Assembly: GCA_964373575.1 (NCBI GenBank)
Contig: CAYJVB010000001.1
Coordinates: 8,262-72,261 of the forward strand
Reading direction: 5' to 3'
DNA: 64,000 bases
Source: an uncultured archaeon
GTDB taxonomy: Archaea > Aenigmatarchaeota > Aenigmatarchaeia > CG10238-14
The position numbers were made by a program, and so were the translations under genes. Positions 35,167 to 44,100 of the stretch are shown here, one piece after another (within the stretch, counting starts at the first letter, position 1; every line of letters begins with the position of its first letter). The notes below the pieces were generated by a model, which saw only the letters and a list, made by a program, of their open reading frames with translations, made no database searches and was not told the DNA's origin.

Positions 35167-37642
35167 AATAACCAGCCTCTCTAATTCTTACCAATATAGA
35201 ATTATAACCTTCCGAGCCAAATTTAACCGGATTTCCCACCATAATATAATTACCTTGACTATCTCTATACATATTTCCCCCACCACCCATTATATCTGTA
35301 TCATATGGTGGAGAGTTACCACCTATTTTCTTTCCACATGTTCCAAGATCGCAAGCAGTGTTATCAACACTGCAATCTGTATCACATTTATCATCTGGAC
35401 CTATTCCATTATCTAATGGATATGGGTTCCCACAACTAGAAAAAGGTTGAGATTCTTTCAGAATACCAAAATTCTTAAAACGAACATTTTGTCCTTCCCA
35501 AGTAAATCTATCATATTCATCGCATAACTTAAATTTATGTCCAATTTCATGCGCAGGACAAGTTCTATCAAGACCTTCAGGTAAACCACCGAAGCACATA
35601 GCAAAAGGTAACACCATATCTGCAAACCCATTTACTATAGGATCATCACTAAGTGCAAATACTAAATCATGATCATTTAAACCCATATTTTCAACACACT
35701 GTAAAACTTCTTGTTCGCAAATGTCCCATGTAGAATCATAATCACTTAAATCGGGGCATTGACAATTCTGATCTAAAATCCTTATGTCAATTCCATTTCT
35801 GCATTCTCTGAAAGGAGATTCTTCCAAAAATGTATTCATCCTATCTTGAGCTCTTTTTCTATATGCATTCATGTCGTCATAATTCACAGCAACAACATAA
35901 ATTCTATAACGATTAGCTAATTTTATTATATTTCCAGTATATTCAGCTTTATTAGAGTTACCCGCCTTATCGCCAGCAATTGTTACAAGTTTGTATTCCC
36001 CCACTCGGTTCAATATAAAGGAGCCAGTACAACTTACAAGGAAACTTACTCTATTATGACCTATTGATGCAGCTAAATCCAAACTATCACAATCTAGATC
36101 TTGACTATAATACCGAGCTCCATTTTGTTCTATGTACATTTCTATAGAATCTTTATCAAGGTTCACATCTTCATCATAGATTAGAGCTTTAGCAATAATA
36201 GGCGAGTTTGTGTAACCAAAAGTTGGTATAGTATACGCATCTATGACAGGCAAGTTATCGTCCGGTAATATTGTAACAGAAGTTTCAATATTATTTTCCT
36301 TTGTAGTTTCAAATCCAGACTGACTTCTGCAGGAAATGTAGTATTTTTTCTCTTCCACCATTCCATTGTTTAGGCCAAAACATAGTATATAATCCGAAAA
36401 TGTTGTTGTATTAGGGTATAAATTATCTTGAGTGACGAGATTGAAATTATCATAATTGGGGCAATCCAAAGTCATCTCATCGAAATTTAGATCTCTATCC
36501 GATATCCTACAAATTGAATTTTCTGAAGGAATAACCCGAATCATAGGATTTAATTGTTTTGTGCTGGAAGGACTATCAATAGATGCAAAACATTTAACAT
36601 CGGGTTTATTATCATATGTAATCTCTTCTTCACAAACTGGACAACTTTTTGTTGTCAAGACATTATAAGTACAAGATTTGTCAGAAGCAAAACACCCATA
36701 AAGCCTTCTTTCTGCTGTATAATCATTGGCACAAAACCACCCATTACTAGATGTACATGATTCAGGACACGAAATTATTTCTCTGTCTTTACACCCAGGA
36801 TATTCAGATAGGTCATAATCATAATAAGCTGGATTATCTTGCCAACTTATTTTATCATCGTCATTCAAATCACAATCATATGGAAAACAGTTATCTGCTC
36901 CTGAGTCATAAGTATCGTCAAATATGTTATAATCTAACTTATCCCTTATACCATCCACATTTATATCAGGACAAGCACCTATAGGACAATTTGAGAATTC
37001 TGAAGCCAATTTTCCTAAGTTATCTTCAACCCATTGACGGTCTTCTTCATCTACAATTCCATTATTATCAAAATCACAATCAGTTACCCATGCAGCAGCA
37101 CAATACGACTCCCCTAAACTATATCTAAGATCATCAACATCTTTCTGATCTATTAACCCATCTCTATTTCCGTCAGGACAATCAAATTCCAATTTTGGTT
37201 CAATAGTTAGACTTATAACATTACTCTCAAAATCAAGCTTCTCTTCTCTTACGTTGTATCCTCCAACAAGTCTAAGCTGATAATCACCACTTTCTTTTAT
37301 ACAGTCTGAAATTCTGAATTCTCCCTTTATGGCTCTTTCTCCTTTGACAATCACGAAATCTCCAATTTTATAAATTTTACAAAATTTCCATTCTTCATTA
37401 GAACTTGCCTTTCTATACTGAACTCCAAGCTGATAATCTTTTTCTGCCAAAAAAGCTTCAATTCTGTCAGTGAAATCAAATTCAAAAGTAAAAAAATCTT
37501 TCAGACTACCTTTTGTTCTTAACCCAAGAGTTGGTTCTGCAGCTTGCAGTGTATCTAATAGAATAACTGTTACAAGAATCGTAGCTAACAACACAACACA
37601 AAATTTTGTTTTATTCACGTAATCCTCCTCTAAATGTTTCAA
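35159..37642 (-). CDS. Secreted zinc metalloprotease (HExxH) with multiple Ca2+-binding Dx[DN]xDG (thrombospondin-type-3/dockerin-like) repeats
   Basis: Signal peptide. Repeats DCPDGNRDGLIDQKDVDD, DCDFDNNGIVDEED and CPDINVDGIRDKLD. C-terminal HEIGHKFKLCDEYD zincin motif. Confidence 0.55.
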   Translation of the reverse strand: MKHLEEDYVNKTKFCVVLLATILVTVILLDTLQAAEPTLGLRTKGSLKDFFTFEFDFTDRIEAFLAEKDYQLGVQYRKASSNEEWKFCKIYKIGDFVIVKGERAIKGEFRISDCIKESGDYQLRLVGGYNVREEKLDFESNVISLTIEPKLEFDCPDGNRDGLIDQKDVDDLRYSLGESYCAAAWVTDCDFDNNGIVDEEDRQWVEDNLGKLASEFSNCPIGACPDINVDGIRDKLDYNIFDDTYDSGADNCFPYDCDLNDDDKISWQDNPAYYDYDLSEYPGCKDREIISCPESCTSSNGWFCANDYTAERRLYGCFASDKSCTYNVLTTKSCPVCEEEITYDNKPDVKCFASIDSPSSTKQLNPMIRVIPSENSICRISDRDLNFDEMTLDCPNYDNFNLVTQDNLYPNTTTFSDYILCFGLNNGMVEEKKYYISCRSQSGFETTKENNIETSVTILPDDNLPVIDAYTIPTFGYTNSPIIAKALIYDEDVNLDKDSIEMYIEQNGARYYSQDLDCDSLDLAASIGHNRVSFLVSCTGSFILNRVGEYKLVTIAGDKAGNSNKAEYTGNIIKLANRYRIYVVAVNYDDMNAYRKRAQDRMNTFLEESPFRECRNGIDIRILDQNCQCPDLSDYDSTWDICEQEVLQCVENMGLNDHDLVFALSDDPIVNGFADMVLPFAMCFGGLPEGLDRTCPAHEIGHKFKLCDEYDRFTWEGQNVRFKNFGILKESQPFSSCGNPYPLDNGIGPDDKCDTDCSVDNTACDLGTCGKKIGGNSPPYDTDIMGGGGNMYRDSQGNYIMVGNPVKFGSEGYNSILVRIREAGYCD

Positions 37643-38663
37643 CTAGTTCTGAACCAAGTTTAGTAACTACAAAAGTAAATGGAAATGTGACAAGATCATC
37701 AGTTTTCTTAGGTAATAGAGCAGTTGTTATTTTATATTTGCTATCGCAAAATGTCATCTCCATATCACTATCGCTCGAACAAAATTCTTTTTGTTCCGGA
37801 ACTGGTTTATTTCCACATTTAAAATTGAGTTTAATCAAATAATCTTCTGAATTCGTGCAACCGTCGGGATAGACATCTTTTATTAAAACGCCATCATTCA
37901 GCCCTAAAGGATAAAATTCATTTAATTTTAAATTCATAGTTTTTTCAACATTCTGTTCAATATTTCTATCAGAATAAAAATCAAAAACTATTAATGATTC
38001 ATCAACGTTAGTTACAAAAGTTATAGGAATTGACTCTTCAATGAATTTTTGTTTTATTGCATCATAATAAAATGGGTTTGAATCACCAGATATTAATATA
38101 GTCTCCGACCCTCTTATTTTTACACCTTCTACACCACATTGAGACGGATCACTTCCATACTCATCAGTAACAATATTGTCAGTTACTACTATCGTATTTG
38201 GCTGAAGTAATCCTTTAAACATATTAGATAGAGCCAGATAATCAAGTGCGCCAGCAGTAGACGTTTCAATACATTGATAATTTTCTCCTAAATTGGATTT
38301 TTCAATCCATGAATCCTTATTGTCTAATTGCACGATTATAGGAAACTGAAATCCACAAATCCTATCACTACCAATAAAATTAATTATTTCAGGATTGCAA
38401 TAATTGCTACATCTAAAATCAGAAGCGTCATCTTTTATATTTTTTACTTCATCACTATCACACCCATAATAACATCTGGCCATAACACACTGAGCTGCTA
38501 GTTCTGCAACACTCGTTCCCTGAAAGCATTTAAATGGGTCTTCTTTAACACAGGGATTATTTCCTAAAATTGATAAAAAAGCAACTAAAGCAAGAATTAC
38601 AAAAACAGCAACTAGAAAATACATAACTAACTTGCTTGTACCTATATCAGAATTTCCTTTCAT
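37611..38663 (-). CDS. Membrane-anchored/secreted Cys-rich protein (350 aa)
   Basis: MKGNSDIGTSKLVMYFLVAVFVILALVAFLSILG N-terminal anchor and about 16 Cys. Its ATG overlaps the stop of the upstream micro-ORF (ATGA). Confidence 0.4.
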   Translation of the reverse strand: MKGNSDIGTSKLVMYFLVAVFVILALVAFLSILGNNPCVKEDPFKCFQGTSVAELAAQCVMARCYYGCDSDEVKNIKDDASDFRCSNYCNPEIINFIGSDRICGFQFPIIVQLDNKDSWIEKSNLGENYQCIETSTAGALDYLALSNMFKGLLQPNTIVVTDNIVTDEYGSDPSQCGVEGVKIRGSETILISGDSNPFYYDAIKQKFIEESIPITFVTNVDESLIVFDFYSDRNIEQNVEKTMNLKLNEFYPLGLNDGVLIKDVYPDGCTNSEDYLIKLNFKCGNKPVPEQKEFCSSDSDMEMTFCDSKYKITTALLPKKTDDLVTFPFTFVVTKLGSELVETFRGGLRE

Positions 38664-38788
38664 TTTATCACTTTACTAAACCAGTCAATAATATTATTGA
38701 ATAAACCATATGAACTTCCAATAAAAATTAGTAATATAGTTAAAATAATCAGTGCAATTATCAATCCAACAATAAATTTAGTCTCCAT
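38660..38788 (-). CDS. Micro-ORF of 42 aa, single TM (METKFIVGLIIALIILTILLIFIGSSYGLFNNIIDWFSKVIK); not in the ORF track
   Basis: Clean ORF. Its TGA overlaps the ATG of the 37611..38663 gene. Confidence 0.3.
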   Translation of the reverse strand: METKFIVGLIIALIILTILLIFIGSSYGLFNNIIDWFSKVIK

Positions 38789-38995
38789 TCAACCACATTT
38801 ACAATCCATGAAAACTCCTATTACGCCTAAAGTGCCTTGCATAGATTCGCATAGCTTACAACCAACTTCATCTACAAATTTTTTTCCACCTTCCGTTGCA
38901 TTGTTCAAAAAAATCCATAATAAAACCAATCCAAGCATAGCTACTATTAACGATATTACTATTACCAATGTATGTCCACTTATACCTTTTTTCAT
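38789..38995 (-). CDS. Small pilin-like protein (68 aa) with four Cys
   Basis: MKKG|ISGHTLVIVISLIVAMLGLVLLWIF, then CKLCESMQG...CKCG. The ATG overlaps the TGA of the upstream micro-ORF (TGATGA). Confidence 0.45.
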   Translation of the reverse strand: MKKGISGHTLVIVISLIVAMLGLVLLWIFLNNATEGGKKFVDEVGCKLCESMQGTLGVIGVFMDCKCG

Positions 38996-39150
38996 CACGA
39001 CACCTTCAACAAATTTCTGAAAACATCTCTTAGCGATTGGACAAACGATTCCAATTGTTCTCTAAATATAACTATGATTGAAACTAGAAAAAGAGTTACT
39101 ACTATGAGCATTATCACAGTTGTTATCACCTCTCTGGATACTCCTTTCAT
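38995..39150 (-). CDS. Micro-ORF of 51 aa with a class III-like N-terminus (MKG|VSREVITTVIMLIVVTLFLVSIIVIFREQLESFVQSLRDVFRNLLKVS); not in the ORF track
   Basis: Its ATG directly follows the TAG of the TadC-like gene (TAGATG), so it is translationally coupled. Confidence 0.4.
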   Translation of the reverse strand: MKGVSREVITTVIMLIVVTLFLVSIIVIFREQLESFVQSLRDVFRNLLKVS

Positions 39151-41196
39151 CTAGACACCAATATCTGAAATCAAGCGTCCTAGAACAAAGAATATAATCA
39201 ATACAGTAGCTGTAAATATCAATGCACCTCTCATCAAGCTTGTAGCTATAGAATATTGAATTTCTATATTGTCATCTCCCTTTTCAATTCTAACCGAAAA
39301 AACGCTAAGAGAAATCAGAACTTCTATCATATAAATACCAACAACTATCACAAAAATTTCTAGCGGCATTATGTTTTCAATCGATAAAGGTAAATTTTTG
39401 ACATCTTCTATAGGAAAAGATTTGAATAAATCGCTAATATAAATCAAAATTCTTACTAATATTCCACCTAGTCCAACAACAGCTCCAGCAGCCAATGGCA
39501 CTAGAACTATTGACATAATCTTCATCGATGAGATAACATCCTCCAAAATATCTTTCAAATTCTGGCTTACAGTTTGAATTCCTTTCAAATAATCCGAAAC
39601 AGCTATCAACGTCGTCGCAGCAATACCCATTCCTTTTGTCGTCGACTCAACAGTTATCCTCATCGTATTCTTAATCAAAGCCGACGGGTATTCATTTATC
39701 AACCCAACATCTTTATTGAACACAGCTTCTTTAAGAGTCAGTCCCATTTGCGATATCCTGTACAACAATTTCTCGAAAAACACATGAATCTTCTCATTCT
39801 TCACCTTTTCAGTAACTTTCTTTAATGAGTTCTCCAATGGCTGTCCCGATCTTAAAACAGTTCCAAGAATGAACATAGCATCCCCAAAATCTCTCTCAAC
39901 ACCCTCAATTTCTTCTTTGATTTTTTTATTTTTGTTGCTTGAAAAGAAAGTGTAAAACACAATAGCAATTATTAAACCCCAAAAAATACCTAACGAAGCA
40001 AACAACTTATCGTCAAGAGTTATACCTTCACTGGGATTAAATAAAGTCACCAATCCAAAACTTGATACCAATAAGAAAAACATTGCAGCAATAGGAACTA
40101 ACGGAATCTCTATCTTATTTTTACCAATAAATATAGCAGCATTCCCCGGTTTTGCAGCTTGAGGATGATTATATATATCGGGAACATAAAATCCATACGG
40201 CCTCTTCTCCAACTGATTTTTCATTAACCACAAAACAAGAAACGGCAGTATCAAATCATATAAACCAACAAGCACATATATCTTTGCCGTCTTCCCCAGA
40301 ACCAGCGTGACAATAGGAAACAAAATCAATGTTATAACAGGCAATAAAATCCCTAGCGCATGTATAGTTGTTATTGGCGCCTTCAACTCTCTAGAATATT
40401 CCTTCATCCTCTCCAAATTCGATTCAAGTATGAGTTTTACAGCATTATCAATAGTTTTATCTCTATTAACAGGTTCTAACAAAGAAGTTGTTAACATATC
40501 TAATGATCTAGTAAACTCTTCATTCTGAACCTTCCACTTATCTCCAAAATCTTGCAACGCCTCCTCAACACTAGAATATCTCCTAGTATGAACATCCCAC
40601 AGAATCTTTCTCAAATCCTTCCCTACAGCCCCAGGTAAATTAACAGCAGCGAACGTAACAGCATTTTCTAAATTAGGCGTATTCCTCAAGCCAATTGCAA
40701 TATACAAAACCGCAAGAACAAGTTCAGATGAAGCCCCCACTCTTACCTTTTTAGAATAGCTATTAGGATACGTCAGCAAGTAATATGAAAATGCAAAACC
40801 AACCATTGATTCCAGCAACAAATACGGTAGTATTTTCCCAAACGTTATTCCAGCTGATAAAATAAAAAACAACCCCGCCGATAGAAACATTGCAATTACT
40901 GTAGCTATCAATCCAAAAACAAAAGTTGAATAAACAGTATAAGGTTCTACATTAAGATTAGAAAAATTCAGTTTAGCATACAAATCTTTTTCTTTCTCAT
41001 CACTTATTTTTATCCTAATTAAATTTCCAGAAAATGCACACAATTTCTCATACCAATTTCTTTTCTCAGATTCTGTTTTGATGTATTCTAAAAAATCCTG
41101 TGACAGTCTTTTCCCAACAACATTGACAAAATCATCGTATAACTTGTCTAATTCTCTCTTCATCCTAACCACGTATTTGCCTTCTAAGCCAGTCAT
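39151..41196 (-). CDS. TadC/FlaJ/GspF-like membrane platform protein (paralog 2), immediately downstream of the ATPase
   Basis: 681 aa, the same length and domain order as the 24300..26345 protein. It overlaps the ATPase gene by 32 nt. Confidence 0.6.
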   Translation of the reverse strand: MTGLEGKYVVRMKRELDKLYDDFVNVVGKRLSQDFLEYIKTESEKRNWYEKLCAFSGNLIRIKISDEKEKDLYAKLNFSNLNVEPYTVYSTFVFGLIATVIAMFLSAGLFFILSAGITFGKILPYLLLESMVGFAFSYYLLTYPNSYSKKVRVGASSELVLAVLYIAIGLRNTPNLENAVTFAAVNLPGAVGKDLRKILWDVHTRRYSSVEEALQDFGDKWKVQNEEFTRSLDMLTTSLLEPVNRDKTIDNAVKLILESNLERMKEYSRELKAPITTIHALGILLPVITLILFPIVTLVLGKTAKIYVLVGLYDLILPFLVLWLMKNQLEKRPYGFYVPDIYNHPQAAKPGNAAIFIGKNKIEIPLVPIAAMFFLLVSSFGLVTLFNPSEGITLDDKLFASLGIFWGLIIAIVFYTFFSSNKNKKIKEEIEGVERDFGDAMFILGTVLRSGQPLENSLKKVTEKVKNEKIHVFFEKLLYRISQMGLTLKEAVFNKDVGLINEYPSALIKNTMRITVESTTKGMGIAATTLIAVSDYLKGIQTVSQNLKDILEDVISSMKIMSIVLVPLAAGAVVGLGGILVRILIYISDLFKSFPIEDVKNLPLSIENIMPLEIFVIVVGIYMIEVLISLSVFSVRIEKGDDNIEIQYSIATSLMRGALIFTATVLIIFFVLGRLISDIGV

Positions 41197-44100
41197 CCCA
41201 TCTATTGAAAATTTCTTCTGGATTCAAAACGCCATAATCCCTTTTTACATCATCCGAAATGAGGTGAAACATTTCGTTGCTCAATGAAACCCACTCAGCT
41301 TCTAATATATCCTTTCTATCAAGCCTGTTAGCATAATCCACCATCGTCTGCTTCATCTTTGCCCTCAACTCAATATTATCCCAAACAGCCTCCCAGTTGC
41401 CATGCCAATCTCTAACCCTTTTCGCAATCTCATTAACAACAAGCGATTCTCCATTAAGCAATGTTCCAGTTGGTTTCAACTCATCATCTTTAGCCGAATA
41501 TTCCATCAAAGTAACAAAACCCTTTTCATCCATAGGGTCACTCTTCCAATGTTTCCTCACTTCAGCAACTTCAAGTATTCTTCTATATCTATGCAGGCCA
41601 TCCCCAGATTTTATCATTCCTGAAATAACAATTACGTCAATTGCTTTGAAACTTGTCGCTGTCACACCCAAATCATTTACAACTCTATCAAAAACACCGT
41701 ATGGCGACTCTCCATGTATAGTTCCAGCGACAACATTGGATAACGCACCAATCCTCATCGCCTCAAACAAAGCTCTAGCTTCAGTATTATGCAACAATAT
41801 ACCACCAAACCCACCAACAAAATTTTCACTAGGATTAACTGATAAATCATAAACAAATTCACTCTTTTCTAGCTCTATTTCTTTGATTTCGACTATTTCG
41901 TCAAGGAAGAAATCTCCCCCTGCAAAATTCTTTAGTCTTCCTGACGTTTGACATTCTTTATCATTCACTACTCTCTCCAAATATTTCTTGCTGCATTTTT
42001 CAAAACGGAACAAATGTCTATATTTTCTAGGATATCTAGTAAGATGTTTTTTCAGTTCAATTTTATCGAAATATACCATATTAACCTTTGTGTGTTCCCA
42101 TCCCGCTTCAATCATTACAGGATCATATTTAGTAAAACCAACCTCTTTTAAAAATATTTTGACCATTTTCCTATCTTTAAATTCAACTGTCCATAAAGGT
42201 TTTCTGCTTTTTTTATTTCTTATTTCTTTAATTCTAGCAACTATTCCAAAAACAAGAAGTAGATATAACAGATCCTCAGCAAGCAACTTCGAAGTTGTGT
42301 AATATCTTACTGCATTTCCAGACCTTATAGATTTTGTGAAATTTCCGTCACCGCTATAAAGCCCACGTAAAAATGCCGCTATTTTCTTTCGGTTTAATCC
42401 AAAAATCAGTGGTGGAATTCTTTTATCGCCTGAAGTTCTGCCACATTCCAACTTTGATAAAAATGTTGATAACGGAGATGAGAATAAATGAACTTGAGTT
42501 GATTTACCCCAACCAGTGATCGATCTGAAAGACGGCTTGATATTGAAGGTTTTATTCGAAATATCTACAATTTCTTGAATTATTTCTGGATTAGAATTTG
42601 TTATTACAACACGGCCACCCCTACCTTCAGTCAAATCATAATAACCTTCTGCTACATAATAACCCAAAAATTTACAAAAATCTTCATTAACAGAAATCAC
42701 AGCAGGTATTGGGTTGCCGGTGCCACGGGTTATCATTAATTCTTCAGGTTCATAAAATGTATTTGTAGCCTTCATCAATTGAACAAAATTGTGAACCGGT
42801 ATGTTTGTTTTCTGGGCTCTGAAATAATTATAAATATCACCAGAAGTAACCTTACAGATTTCAGTAGCTTTTTTCCACCCAACTTTTTGAATACTTCTTC
42901 TTACAGCATCTTCAAAATTTTTTAATCTAAATTCCGGTAATATATCAATTAAATTTAGATCATCTATATCATTGAATCCACAAAGCATCTTAGAGGGTAT
43001 AACTACCTGATTACCAGGTTTAAGTTTATCACATTCTATCGCTGCAATTCTAAAATCTTTAGTAGCAGTAAATAAACTATGGTCAGGAGTAACTGTGACC
43101 TTCCTACCAGTTTTTGTTGTTATTTCAATAAGTTTTTTCCTTGGTGGGTGTTTAACAAAGTCTGCTAAGGGCCTTATATTCATTTTCAGATTGAAATCGA
43201 GAGTAGGCACATTGTAATTTTTGATCCCCCTGTTTTCCAAATCTTTTATCTTAACTCTTTTTGTAACATTATTTTCTATCACTAAAACTTCTTGATCCCC
43301 TCTAATAGAACTTCTCACCTCACCAACAATCAAACAAGAATCACCCAATCTCAACGCAGTTCTTAATGCATCATCTGCCGGCAACTCGGATTCAATTCTT
43401 GTAATAACAGATCGCGACTTCATCCTTTCGATATTATATCCTATGTCTCTTAGTTGTGTTATAGGTAATTCAAGCGTGTCCTCTAGGCTAATTACACGAA
43501 ACTTTTTCATCATTTCCAACATAGTCGCTCCTAGCAGTGATGATTTACCACTCGATCTTCCACCTGCAAACAAAATAGTCCTCGAACCGTCAACAAGAAA
43601 ACTCATCAATCCAGCAAACATCGAATTCATATATTTCGTGTTCATAAACAATGGATAAGTCCATGGTCTATCTCTATGCCTTCTCAATGCATATGCCAAT
43701 CCTTCTGGACTTAATGTCCTTGTAATAGCACCAACCCTAGCCCTCCCGCCAGGTACAAACAACTCAGTATCAAGAACAGGATTTGCCTCATCTAACGGTC
43801 TTCCAGAAAGCAGTCTGAACCTCGTAGCCCAACTCTCAGCATCCTCCCTTGTCGGTATTAAATTAGTCTCGCACTCTTCATAATCGTCATGCAATACATA
43901 AACCGGCGTGATCCCTATAGGCGAATTTATGTAAATATCTTGCAACTTGGTATCACTCAGCAACAATTCCAATATCCCAAATCCTGCAGTATATCTAACA
44001 AGTATATTCACCATCTCTTCCAGTTCCTTCGGTGTATATTGATTTTTTGCAGCCATCTGATTAATCATATCCTTTCCAATATTCAGGAAAATTTCCCTCG

